Positions 9,608 through 19,276 of a stretch of 64,000 nt of DNA are shown piece by piece. The notes beneath the pieces are model-generated. The model was not told where the DNA came from and did no database searches. It was given only the letters and a program-made list of their open reading frames with translations. The position numbers were made by a program, and so were the translations under genes. Numbering within the stretch: the first letter of the stretch is position 1; each line of letters begins with the position of its first letter. The stretch spans positions 1,907,069 through 1,971,068 of the forward strand of contig OY969887.1 of assembly GCA_963704315.1 (NCBI GenBank). The letters run 5' to 3'. This DNA is from an uncultured Alphaproteobacteria bacterium (lineage in GTDB: Bacteria; Pseudomonadota; Alphaproteobacteria; Rhizobiales; Beijerinckiaceae).

Positions 9608-10882
9608 TCAAGTCGAGCTAGCGCGCTCGAACAGAGGCGCGACCAGTCCGAACAGTTTCCGCTCATAGGTGGCAAGCGAAAAATGCGCTTCGTAATAGGC
9701 GTGAACGCTGCTCGCCCGACGCTCGTCCGCACTCGGAATATGATCGGACGCGGCCGCATCCCGTAAGGCGCGAGCGAAGGCCTCCGGCTCGTCGGCGAGC
9801 TTGACGCCTTTGAGCGCGCCCGCCTCGCTGCTCATGCCGCGAAGGGCGTGGGTTGTCGCGATGAGCGGCAAGCCACTCGCCATGGCCTCGATCGTCTTGA
9901 TGGACAGGCCGGAGCCACAGATCGTCGGCAGCAGCGCGAGCCGCGCATTGGCGTAGGCCGCACCTGGATCGGGCACACGGCCGAGAAACGAGGATTTGTA
10001 TTTCTCGTACAGGTCTGGAGCCCGTGACCGAACGCCATCGGCGACATTGCCAACGATCTTGAAATCGACGCCCGGAGCGCGGGATGCGACCTCGCGCAAG
10101 AACCAGATCACGCTCTTTTCATTGGCCAAATTGTTGCTCGCCACCAGGACGATGTCGGGGCCGCCCGGACCCGTCGGCGCTTCCGGCCCGGCAGGATAAA
10201 GCATGACGTGGGCTTTTTCGGGCAAGAGCGCGCGAAACTCTTCATTTTCCTCAGTATTGACGTGAAAAAACAAGTCCGCACCGCGCATGAGGGTGAGTTC
10301 CTGCTTCAACATCGTTTCATATGTCGCATGTGGATGAAGCCAAGGTATGTTCTCGTTCATCAACACGAATTGCCGCGCCTGAAGGTCATGGCTGTCGAGA
10401 ACGATCGGCGCGCGCCCCTTCGCCAGTCTTTCAGCGATCGGCATCAAGAAGAAATGGTTGCAGTGGACTAAATCGAAAGTGTGCCCGTCGAGTTCTTTTG
10501 AGAGTCGTGCGCTTGCGGCCCCGCCAGTACGAATAACCACCTGATCGCCGTGGATATAGGGCCACACCACATCCCGCAGGAAGCGCGGATTGGCGAAGAC
10601 ATGAAATGGCGTTCCGCCGAAATAGCGCTCACCAGCATTAAGTTCTGGCGTTGCCTCGACAAAAGAGCGCCATATCCATGGGCGGTCTGGCACAAAACCC
10701 GGATCAAAACTGATCGCGACCGGAAAAACCTTCGCGCCGAGCGCGCGATAGGCTGCGACCTGGCCAATCACGCTTCGATAAGTGCCGCAAGAATGCCATG
10801 CGGGGAGCACCAGCGCGACGTTCTTCCCGGCGAAGTGCGCGGCGCGCTCGGCGTCACGCGAAAGAGGCGCGGTCATGTACAC
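9608..10882 (-). CDS. glycosyltransferase (GT1/GT4-like), paralog A
   Basis: The C-terminal half has GSGLSIKTIEAMASGLPLIATTHALRGM. The N-terminus has PAWHSCGTYRS, shared with the adjacent paralog. The start is GTG 10882 or ATG 10876. Confidence 0.75.
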   Translation of the reverse strand: MYMTAPLSRDAERAAHFAGKNVALVLPAWHSCGTYRSVIGQVAAYRALGAKVFPVAISFDPGFVPDRPWIWRSFVEATPELNAGERYFGGTPFHVFANPRFLRDVVWPYIHGDQVVIRTGGAASARLSKELDGHTFDLVHCNHFFLMPIAERLAKGRAPIVLDSHDLQARQFVLMNENIPWLHPHATYETMLKQELTLMRGADLFFHVNTEENEEFRALLPEKAHVMLYPAGPEAPTGPGGPDIVLVASNNLANEKSVIWFLREVASRAPGVDFKIVGNVADGVRSRAPDLYEKYKSSFLGRVPDPGAAYANARLALLPTICGSGLSIKTIEAMASGLPLIATTHALRGMSSEAGALKGVKLADEPEAFARALRDAAASDHIPSADERRASSVHAYYEAHFSLATYERKLFGLVAPLFERASST

Positions 10883-12258
10883 ACCATCGGAACAGCGAAC
10901 TTCGCGAGCGCACGTCCATAGGCGTCGAAACTAAAGACTTCATCATAGAAACGCCGCGTGTCGCTCGTAGACCTCGGCATCTCAAAGGCAATGGTATCCA
11001 GGCGCTTAGCAACGTCACGAAGCGCGATAGCGAAACTCTCGGCGTCCTCGGCGACCACGACATTGCCGAGTTTTCGCGGATCGACATCCATGCCGCGAAA
11101 CGCTAGCGGCGTCGCGATCAACGGTGCGCCGCTGGAAAACGCCTCGACGGCCTTAATGGAAATGCCGTGGCCTTCAAGCGTCGGCAAGAGAACACATGCT
11201 GCGTTGGCGTAGACGGCGCCAAGGTCCGCCGCCCGCCCCTTGAAGCATTGGCGATGGGCTTCGAACAAGGCCTTGTCGCGAGTTTTCACCCCATTGACGA
11301 TAGTGCCGAAAATATCAATGGTGACGCCGGGAGCGAGTGGCAGGACATTCTCGAAAAGCCACCGCAAACCAAGGTAATTAGCGTAATTGTCGCTTGCCAC
11401 GATGACGATGTCGCGGCCGCCGGCGCCAAGCGCAGCCGGTGACACCGCCGGATAGATGAGCGCATGGCGCCCGTGCGGCAAGAGGCGTTGGAAAGCCAAA
11501 TGCTCATCTCGGTTGAGATGAATGCAGAGATCGGCCAGATTCATCCATTCGAGCTCAATTGCAAGCATGTCGTCATAAGTTGCGTAAGGAGGAATGAATA
11601 AGCCATCGCGATTACGCAGGACATATTGGCGCGCCTGAATATCCTGACTCTCTAAGATTATTGGGATGCGCCGCCCCGCACGCATCTGTTCGACGAAGGG
11701 CAAGGTGAAAAAATGGTTGGCGTGGAAGAGATCGATCGTCTCGCTCTCCAGTCCACCCGGCAGGGGCGTGCGCTTGGCGAGTTCGATCAGCCAGGTCGCC
11801 TGATCGCCGTGGATCAGCGGCCACCAGCCGTCCTTCAGCAAAGCCGACGTATACAGGCGCGAGAACGGCGCACCCGTGAAAAACCGCCGGTCGGCGGGCA
11901 AATCGCAGCTCGCGGCGAGGTAATCGCGCCAACGGTCGCCTTGCGGGGCGGTAGGCCCGATATTGTCCATCAGCGCGATCGAAACAACCCGCGCGCCGAG
12001 CGCCTTATAAGCGATTAGCTGACTGACGTTAACCTGGTAACTGCCGCATGAATGCCACGCCGCATGGACCACGGCGACCGTCTTGCCAGCGAGCGGGGCG
12101 GTCGGCTCCCTGTCGCCTTTTATGGGGAGAAGCATAGAGGCGCGGGGCACCATGCCGCATTCGGACGCCCCCTGGCCGTTCAGCGGTTCTGTCGACGACA
12201 TTCCCAACAATACCCCTGGCCCTTCACCCTTGCCTCTCCCGCTCGCGGGGACAGGCAA
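10873..12258 (-). CDS. glycosyltransferase (GT1/GT4-like), paralog B
   Basis: It aligns along its length with paralog A (AAWHSCGSYQV, HANHFF, QDIQARQYVL, GHGISIKAVEAFSSGAPLIATPLAFRGM). The true start is probably internal (M at 12153 or 12135). Confidence 0.75.
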   Translation of the reverse strand: MPVPASGRGKGEGPGVLLGMSSTEPLNGQGASECGMVPRASMLLPIKGDREPTAPLAGKTVAVVHAAWHSCGSYQVNVSQLIAYKALGARVVSIALMDNIGPTAPQGDRWRDYLAASCDLPADRRFFTGAPFSRLYTSALLKDGWWPLIHGDQATWLIELAKRTPLPGGLESETIDLFHANHFFTLPFVEQMRAGRRIPIILESQDIQARQYVLRNRDGLFIPPYATYDDMLAIELEWMNLADLCIHLNRDEHLAFQRLLPHGRHALIYPAVSPAALGAGGRDIVIVASDNYANYLGLRWLFENVLPLAPGVTIDIFGTIVNGVKTRDKALFEAHRQCFKGRAADLGAVYANAACVLLPTLEGHGISIKAVEAFSSGAPLIATPLAFRGMDVDPRKLGNVVVAEDAESFAIALRDVAKRLDTIAFEMPRSTSDTRRFYDEVFSFDAYGRALAKFAVPMVCT

Positions 12259-12460
12259 TCTCGCCCCTTGCTATCCGCCGCGGTCTCCGAATAAACAAAA
12301 AATATCACCCTGGGCCCATCAAAACCACCTTTTTCGCCGGGAGTGCGGCCTCTGCCGCCGGCAAGTGCTATGGCGTCGCAATCGTCGGAAATGACAACGG
12401 GAGGAGCCACTCGCCGGCAGACCGATAGCGACCGCAAACAGGAGGCTTTCGACGAGCCCT

Positions 12461-12519
12461 CGCGCTTCTGGCGTGACGGCGGGAGGGCGGAGCCCAACCA
12501 AAGTCACGCCAGAAGCGCG
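12461..12519. repeat. perfect 17-bp inverted repeat with 25-nt spacer, in a divergent promoter region
   Basis: cgcgcttctggcgtgac ... gtcacgccagaagcgcg, read directly from the sequence. Confidence 0.95.
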
Positions 12520-12632
12520 GTTCTCATCATGATTGACGCTGGATTCTCACCTTAATTGACCCGCCGCACTCCGACTCATAGAAGTTTCATCGGCTTTTTG
12601 AACCAGCCTTAAAAGAGTCTATCGGAGGCGTA

Positions 12633-13985
12633 ATGACGCAAGCGAAAAACCAACCGTTCGATTCCCGAGATTCAGTTGGTCCGCAAAACGCAGACAACCC
12701 ATATTATTCATATCAATTAGATTTTCTTCTGAATGAGATCAAATATCTTCAACAGTCGAGCAACGACTTCGTTTGGAAATTTTTGAAACTCCGCATGCAG
12801 GAATTATGTTGGACGATAGAGCGCCTTATTGGACAACATGTAAAACTCGTTCGACCAGTTCCTGCCCAAGAACGTGTTGAAATGAGACCTGGGCCCCGTG
12901 TTTTAGTGGACTGTACCGAGACGCATCGCAACGGCTTGAATACGGGGATTCAACGGGTCGTACGCGAGGTCGCCAAGGCGTCGATTGCAAATGGGGGCGC
13001 GCTCCCTGTCATCATTGAAAATGGTCGACTGATTTCTTATTTCCAACACCCTGATCTTCCCGACGTAGTCGATATTAGAGAGGGTGATCAATTTCTCTTG
13101 CTCGATTCCGGCTGGGCTTTGTTAGACGAACGTATACCCATTATGCAAGAAGTCTCGCGGCGCGGCGGGAGCAATATCTGCTGCATTTACGACCTCATTC
13201 CACTGCTCTACCCGGCAATGTTCGCGTTTGAAATCAGTGAACGTTTTCTTGATTGGCTTAAAACGAGTCTTCCCTATTGCGATGCAATCGTGACAATCTC
13301 GAAAAGCGTCGCGGAGGATTTTATCAACTATGTGTCGGCCAATGAACTGCGGTACAAGCCTTCCTTACCCATTGGTTGGTTTCATCTTGGCGCCGATTTC
13401 TCGGTGGAAATAGACCGTCCCGTCTCGCGACAGGTTCAAAATATATGTGAGAAGACGCCTTTCTTCCTCACTGTCGGCACACTCGAGCCGCGAAAGAATC
13501 ATACGGCTGCTCTCGCTGCCTTCGAGCTTCTGTGGAAAGCCGGGACCGATGTTCGATATGTTATCGTTGGAAGATTTGGATGGCTAGCGCACGCCTTGCG
13601 TGATCGAATAGTGCGGCATCCCGAATTTGGCCGTCGGCTGTTCTGGCTGGAGCACGCCGACGATACGAACTTACACGTCCTTTATCGTCATGCCACGGCC
13701 GTGATACAGCCTTCGATAGCGGAGGGCTTTGGTTTGCCGATCATTGAGGCCGCGCATTTTGGTGCGCCAGTCATCGCAAGCGACATCCGGATTTTCCGGG
13801 AAATCGGAGGACAATCGATTTCCTACTTTGATCCCATGGATCCAAATGCGCTCGCACGCTGCATTCAAGAAGCCCTTGTCAGCCCTCGCGTCGCACCGTC
13901 TATTTCGCCTTTGAGCTGGACGGAAGCCACGGAGCGTCTGCTAAGACTCGTGAAAGATGAAACCTATCCCTATAAGCTTGCTTGA
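12633..13985 (+). CDS. glycosyltransferase (GT4, mannosyltransferase-like)
   Basis: FFLTVGTLEPRKNH...VIVGRFGW...QPSIAEGFGLPIIEAAHFGAPVIASD is typical of GT4 enzymes of the WbdA/RfaG kind. Confidence 0.85.
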   Translation: MTQAKNQPFDSRDSVGPQNADNPYYSYQLDFLLNEIKYLQQSSNDFVWKFLKLRMQELCWTIERLIGQHVKLVRPVPAQERVEMRPGPRVLVDCTETHRNGLNTGIQRVVREVAKASIANGGALPVIIENGRLISYFQHPDLPDVVDIREGDQFLLLDSGWALLDERIPIMQEVSRRGGSNICCIYDLIPLLYPAMFAFEISERFLDWLKTSLPYCDAIVTISKSVAEDFINYVSANELRYKPSLPIGWFHLGADFSVEIDRPVSRQVQNICEKTPFFLTVGTLEPRKNHTAALAAFELLWKAGTDVRYVIVGRFGWLAHALRDRIVRHPEFGRRLFWLEHADDTNLHVLYRHATAVIQPSIAEGFGLPIIEAAHFGAPVIASDIRIFREIGGQSISYFDPMDPNALARCIQEALVSPRVAPSISPLSWTEATERLLRLVKDETYPYKLA

Positions 13986-14210
13986 TTCTCAAAAAATGAG
14001 CTGACCACATGGGCATTGCATCTCTATCAGCGCTTTATCAGTCGTCGGCACCAAACAATGAGCTTCCTAAAAGCCTTCCACTTTCGCGGCACGGGCGATA
14101 CACTTTGCTGCAATTATCGCTGGATGGTATGGATTGCCACCTATCAGGCCGTACCTGATAACTAAGTGCCCGGTCGCTGCCCATCGGAATCCTATTGTCC
14201 AAAGCCAAAC

Positions 14211-14450
14211 TCCGATGAGGCCCTCGGGACCATGCGCGTTGAACTTCACCACCCAGTCCCGCACGATCTGCACCGTCACACCGCCGATCTTGGCAGCCTC
14301 GGTGCCGGTCGCCCCGTCGTAGATCGAAGCCAGAGCCAAAAGACGCCGTGCCTGCGGCCCATCCTTCGTCCTGCGGCCGATCTTACGCAATTGCGACGCA
14401 TCAAAATTGCGCGGAGCGGTAACGGCATGGCGAATCTCCTTGTTCGCCAT
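14211..14450 (-). pseudogene. N-terminal fragment of an IS630-family transposase
   Basis: MANKEIRH...ARRLLALASIYDGATGTEAAKIGGVTVQIVRDWVVKFNAHGPEGLIG matches the winged-helix N-terminus of rhizobial IS630 transposases. No DDE domain follows. Confidence 0.6.
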
Positions 14451-14602
14451 ATGAATCAGATCCGCGCCGCTTGCGGAATCCCCTCCCGAGTCATCCTCCC
14501 CGAGAATTGGTATTAATTTAGCGCTGCGCCGACTGCTCTCTCGGAGCGTCCGAAAGGCGATGTGACGCAATGCGATAAGGCGCCTTGCCATCGCGCCGAA
14601 CC

Positions 14603-15394
14603 TCACGGTGCTGTGAACAAGCGCGGGATGAAAGTGGCAGCGAGCCTGTAGGTTTCGGGTAGCCCAATATCGATGAAGTCGGACTTGAAGGTTGCCGCGG
14701 CAAGCGTTCCCCCAATCGCGAGGGCGGGTAGAATCTCGTGTTCCAAGGACGCCGCCTTGTGCTCAGAGATCGTGTCGATGAGCGAGCGCTCAAAGAGATA
14801 GACCCCAGCGTTGATAGTGCCCTGCTGACGCACTGTCGTTTTTTCAACGAATAAGACAACGCGCTCCTTCTTTACGATTACCGATCCATAGCGGCTGACA
14901 TCTTCGACTTCAAGGACGGACATCGTCGCCTGCACTTCGCTACGTTGGTGCACAGCGTGAACGGCGGCTACATTCCAATGAAAAATACTGTCGCCATTCA
15001 GGACCAGGATCTGTGGGCTTGTCGTAAAGGGCAGCGCATTGCGTAGCGCGCCGGCCGTTCCAAGAGGGCTCGTCTCGATGGCAAATGAAAGATCGAGCAT
15101 GGGTTTGTGCTCGGTGTAATGAGCGATGACGCGATCGGCCAAATGGCCGATCGCCAACACGACCCTGCCGATCTGCGGCGTTTGCCGTAAAAGCGCGAGC
15201 TGATAATCGAGAAATGGCCGGCCGTTGACCATCGCGAGCGGCTTCGGCACATCCGACACCACGCTCTGCAGGCGTGTGCCTTTTCCGCCTGCGAGAATGA
15301 TGACGTCAATGGCTGTGTCCCTGCCGCTCATTAGGTCTTCGCTTCCGAACGTGTTCGACAAAGCCACTGACCGGTCCGGCCCGAATAGGTGCAC
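14603..15394 (-). CDS. hddC: sugar-1-phosphate nucleotidyltransferase, HddC-like (D-glycero-D-manno-heptose-1-P guanylyltransferase candidate)
   Basis: VIILAGGKGTRLQSVVSDVPKPLAMVNGRPFLDY, LGTAGAL, NGDSIF. Context: gmhB-like and hddA-like genes nearby. The start may be the M at 15331. Confidence 0.7.
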   Translation of the reverse strand: MHLFGPDRSVALSNTFGSEDLMSGRDTAIDVIILAGGKGTRLQSVVSDVPKPLAMVNGRPFLDYQLALLRQTPQIGRVVLAIGHLADRVIAHYTEHKPMLDLSFAIETSPLGTAGALRNALPFTTSPQILVLNGDSIFHWNVAAVHAVHQRSEVQATMSVLEVEDVSRYGSVIVKKERVVLFVEKTTVRQQGTINAGVYLFERSLIDTISEHKAASLEHEILPALAIGGTLAAATFKSDFIDIGLPETYRLAATFIPRLFTAP

Positions 15395-15399
15395 AATGA

Positions 15400-16053
15400 T
15401 TATCTCACGGTAAGAGGCGCGGATGATGACCAGCCGAGATGAGACCGCACCTCGACAAGGTCCTCGACAAGGATCACGGGCATAGCTTGAGCCCTTACGA
15501 AGGCCTCAACATCCGCTCTCTGTTCGTGCCCGTGGCCCGTTCTAACGTGAAAAACGCGTTCCACTTGCGCAGATCCGGCGGCGCGAATGTCGCTGAGCTG
15601 ATCCCCGACAAACACACTGGATTTGAGATCGAGATCCATTGCAGCGGCCGCCATCCGTAACATGCCGGCATTAGGTTTTCGGCAGCTATGGTTTTCAATC
15701 CGATGAAAAAGGTCAACGGCGTCAGGATGGCTAGCGCAAGCCACAACGAAATCGAACGGCGACGGACCCATGCCAAGGCGTTCCACGACCTCTTCTTGCA
15801 CGATGCCGAACGCAGCCCAGTCGTAATAACCCCGCGCGATCCCCGCCTGATTGCTGATTAGTCCGATCGCCCAACCGCGCAGCCGCGCGCTGTCGATCAG
15901 CTCGGCCGCGCCGTTAAGAATACGCACGTCTTCGCGGCGGCACAGATAATCGACTTCTTCGACAATGACACCGTCTCGGTCGAGAAAAAGACAGGGGCAC
16001 CCCCGCCGCGCCTTATCTTTCTCGAACCAATAAACCTGGCTCATGGATTTCAA
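15400..16053 (-). CDS. gmhB: HAD-family D,D-heptose 1,7-bisphosphate phosphatase-like
   Basis: FLDRDGVI, ISNQAGIARGYY, CRKPNAGML and VGDQLSDIRAA are GmhB/histidinol-phosphatase-type HAD motifs. Confidence 0.78.
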   Translation of the reverse strand: MKSMSQVYWFEKDKARRGCPCLFLDRDGVIVEEVDYLCRREDVRILNGAAELIDSARLRGWAIGLISNQAGIARGYYDWAAFGIVQEEVVERLGMGPSPFDFVVACASHPDAVDLFHRIENHSCRKPNAGMLRMAAAAMDLDLKSSVFVGDQLSDIRAAGSAQVERVFHVRTGHGHEQRADVEAFVRAQAMPVILVEDLVEVRSHLGWSSSAPLTVR

Positions 16054-16120
16054 GTCCTCGGCACGCCAGCACCTAATCCAAAGGCAATTCCTGGCCGGAC
16101 TGGATCAAAACGACAAACCA

Positions 16121-17059
16121 TCAGACGTTGGCAAAGCGGGAATTTCTCAGCATCGTATAGCCTCGAATCAATTCGGCAATGCCCCGCTCCAATGACCATT
16201 TTGGCGACCATCCCGTCTTTTCCAATTTCTCATTGGAAACGATGTAATCGCGCTTGTCCGGATCCTCGCCGATCGGAGCTTCGAGATAGACGAAATTCGG
16301 GAGCTGCTTCTTGATACGTTCGCATAATTCGAGCTTCGACAGGTTCGCGGAGGACAGGCCGACGTTGTAGGGCTCGCCGTGCATCGTCGAATAATGCTCG
16401 ATCGCATGCAAGAAGGTGTCCGCGACATCCTGGATGTGGATATAGTTGCGCTTGAAGTGACCTTCAAAGATCAGAACGGCGCGGTGTGCAACGGCACGAT
16501 AGGTGAAGTCGTTGACGAGGAGATCGATGCGCATGCGCGGCGCCATGCCGAACACGGTCGCCAGACGCAGCGTGACGCCGTTTCCCTTCTGCAGCACAGC
16601 ATGCTCCGCTTCGGCCTTTGTAGTGCCGTAGAGCGAGATTGGCCGAAGCGGCGTTTCCTCGGTGCAGAACTTTCCCGGTTCTCCGATGCCGTAGCCGGAG
16701 TTCGTCGTCGGATAGAGGATGATCTGATCCGAGCTCGATCGCTTGACGATCGCCACGACGGCGTCTCTGTTGACCGTCACCGCGCCTATCTGATCTTCCC
16801 TGCAAAGCGGCGCGCCCACAAGAGCTGCGAGCGGGATGATCACGTCATGCTTGGGAACGAGTTCGGCGAGAAGTCGCTCGTCGCGGGCGTCGCCCTTGAT
16901 GGGATGGAAATTGTCATATTGGCAGCAGGCTGCGAGTTCCGTACCAGCTGAGCGGAACGTATCGACAACGGTGACCTGGCACCCCGCTGCGAGCACCTTT
17001 GGCACCAGGATTGAGCCTATGTAACCAGCGCCACCTGTTATCAAAACCTTGCGAGACAT
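16121..17059 (-). CDS. NAD-dependent sugar epimerase/dehydratase/reductase (extended SDR)
   Basis: VLITGGAGYIGS Rossmann motif and YGTTKAEAE (YxxxK). 312 aa. Substrate unknown. Confidence 0.85.
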   Translation of the reverse strand: MSRKVLITGGAGYIGSILVPKVLAAGCQVTVVDTFRSAGTELAACCQYDNFHPIKGDARDERLLAELVPKHDVIIPLAALVGAPLCREDQIGAVTVNRDAVVAIVKRSSSDQIILYPTTNSGYGIGEPGKFCTEETPLRPISLYGTTKAEAEHAVLQKGNGVTLRLATVFGMAPRMRIDLLVNDFTYRAVAHRAVLIFEGHFKRNYIHIQDVADTFLHAIEHYSTMHGEPYNVGLSSANLSKLELCERIKKQLPNFVYLEAPIGEDPDKRDYIVSNEKLEKTGWSPKWSLERGIAELIRGYTMLRNSRFANV

Positions 17060-17110
17060 TTCTTCTCCCTTGTAGCAAGCAGCCTATTAGCACGACGGAG
17101 CCCCAAACCA

Positions 17111-17878
17111 ATGTACCGAGGCAAAGACGGCAAGACGGCGTGCAAGCTCGAACCTGCTCTCAATGCCGTCGAGGTGCTGAATGTGCGGGAGACCGGCATC
17201 ATCGACAGCCATGCCTATATATTATCGCTTCTCGGCGAGATCGAGAACGCCGGCGGCGCTGTGCTCTTCTGCCACAAAGTGGTCGGCGGACAATGTGCAA
17301 ACGGTGCCTTCGAACTCTGTGTCGAGACGCCTTCCGGACCTTTGCTTGTCAAGACGAACGAGCTCGTTCCTACCGCCGGGCTATGGTCGCATGATCTCGC
17401 AGCGCACCTCGAAGGCTATGATTCTGCGCCGCTGCCGCCGCTGACTTTTGCTAAGGGATCTTATTTTTCATATCCCGGTCGCGCGGCCTTCACGCGGCTG
17501 ATCTATCCTGCGCCTGTGGATGGCGGGCTCGGCACGCATCTGACGCTCGATCTTGCCGGACGAACGCGGTTCGGGCCGGATGTCGAATGGCTCGAGAGCA
17601 ATGATCCGGAGCGGGTGGACTTCACTGTCGATCCGGCCCGCGCTTTGTCCTTCTATGACCCGATCCGGCGCTACTGGCCGGGCCTGCCCGAGGATTCTCT
17701 TGCGCCCGATTATTCCGGGGTGCGGCCAAAACTCTTGCGGCGCGGCGAAGCTGCTGCGGACTTTCTGCTGCGCGGGCCGCAGGATCACGGTATTGCCGGG
17801 CTCGTGAGTTTTTATGGAATCGAAAGCCCCGGTCTTAGGGCTTTTCTTGCCATCGCGCATCACGCCTTCGCTGCTTGA
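17111..17878 (+). pseudogene. 5'-truncated FAD-dependent oxidoreductase (LhgO/DAO-like)
   Basis: Homology starts at about KLEPAL..GIIDSHAYILSL and runs to the C-terminal GIESPGL. The N-terminal GxGxxG FAD-binding region (roughly 110-130 aa) is absent, and only about 50 nt separate the ORF from the divergent SDR gene. Confidence 0.6.
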
Positions 17879-18090
17879 ATAAGCAGCGAAGGCGGCGCGA
17901 GAGCGCCGACGGAGTGGGAGCTTGCGCGCCGTTGCGAGGTCAAGTAGATGATTAACGGATGCAGCAGTTCTGTTTCGGGCTCAAAAATCTATCTAAATAT
18001 GTATAGATAATTGCTTTAAGAGCAGAATAGCGGCGGTTGAATAGCTAATTCAAGGCGGCCTATCAGGCATCTGGAATGTTGTGAGGTTGC

Positions 18091-19149
18091 TTGGTCTGTA
18101 TAACGAGAACACCACTTCGTGTCAGCTTGTTTGGTGGTGGAACCGACTATCCCGAATATTACGAACGCGCGCCCGGCGCCGTCATAGGGATGGCAATCGA
18201 TAAATATATTTATATTGCTGCCCTGTCTCTGGAAGGCCCCCAGCATTACAAGTATCGTGTCGGTTACTCGATAGTGGAACTGACTAACGACGTCGGATCG
18301 ATCCAGCATCCGGTCGTGCGTGAGGTGCTTCGCATATTCGATATTAAAGACCCGCTCGACATATCCATCATGTCCGACCTTCCGGCAACGGGGAGCGGCC
18401 TCGGTTCGTCATCGGCTTTCACCGTAGGTTTTCTTAACCTTGCCTATTCCTTGACCGGCCGCGCGTGTACGAAGATCGACCTAGCACGCAAGGCCATACA
18501 TGTCGAACGCGACGTACTGCATGAGAACGTCGGTGTGCAAGACCAGCTGCACGCGACGTTCGGAGGGATGAATCGCTTCGACTTCAAGGGAAAGGAGATC
18601 AGCATCACTCCGCTGCAAGTCTCCGGCGAGACGATGCATGGGCTGTCGCAAAGTTTGGTGCTCGTCCATACTGGCATCGTGCGCCGGGCAACGACGATCA
18701 TGGAGGAGCAGGTCAAGGCGACCAAATCAGCAAGCATCGACAAAGACCTTGGATCGCTTTTTTCGCTTGTCGGAGATTGCGCGGCCTTGCTTGAGGGACC
18801 CAAGGCCACAATCCTTCCTACCTTGGGCAAGATGCTGTCCGAATCTTGGTACATCAAACGAAGCCTTACCAAGAATATTACGAACACAGCGATCGACGAC
18901 TTGTTCAACACGATCATAAAAGCTGGCGCCTACGGTGCGAAACTCTGCGGAGCGGGCGGCGGCGGCTATTTCCTAGCCTTGATTGAGCCCGATCGGATCG
19001 CGGCGCTTCGTGCAGCCGTCGAACAGCTTGTTGTCATCCCTATTAGTGTCGATACGGAAGGATCGACACTTGTTTACACGGGCCGCCCCAAACTTAGCTG
19101 GAAAGCGCTGACCGCGAGTCAATCAGTTAAGAGCCAATTTGTTCGATAG
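18091..19149 (+). CDS. hddA: GHMP sugar kinase, HddA-like (D-glycero-D-manno-heptose 7-phosphate kinase candidate)
   Basis: RTPLRVSLFGGGTDYPEYY, LPATGSGLGSSSAF and KLCGAGGGGYF are GHMP motifs in the arrangement typical of HddA/WcbL. The start is a TTG. Confidence 0.78.
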   Translation: MVCITRTPLRVSLFGGGTDYPEYYERAPGAVIGMAIDKYIYIAALSLEGPQHYKYRVGYSIVELTNDVGSIQHPVVREVLRIFDIKDPLDISIMSDLPATGSGLGSSSAFTVGFLNLAYSLTGRACTKIDLARKAIHVERDVLHENVGVQDQLHATFGGMNRFDFKGKEISITPLQVSGETMHGLSQSLVLVHTGIVRRATTIMEEQVKATKSASIDKDLGSLFSLVGDCAALLEGPKATILPTLGKMLSESWYIKRSLTKNITNTAIDDLFNTIIKAGAYGAKLCGAGGGGYFLALIEPDRIAALRAAVEQLVVIPISVDTEGSTLVYTGRPKLSWKALTASQSVKSQFVR

Positions 19150-19163
19150 AAGCATGGTGCAAT

Positions 19164-19274
19164 ATGTCTGACAAATATCTCGACATGGCGTGTCGAATTT
19201 GTGGGGACGGCTCCGTTGAGCTTTTTCTCGACGTTGGAGAGGGTTTAAAGTGCTCGATTCTTCAGGGTTTTTGA
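19164..19274 (+). pseudogene. stub of a methyltransferase N-terminus (Zn-ribbon CxxC type)
   Basis: A 36-codon ORF, MSDKYLDMACRICGDGSVELFLDVGEG, resembles the N-terminal Zn-binding domain of sugar C-/O-methyltransferases and then stops. Confidence 0.35.
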
Positions 19275-19276
19275 AC

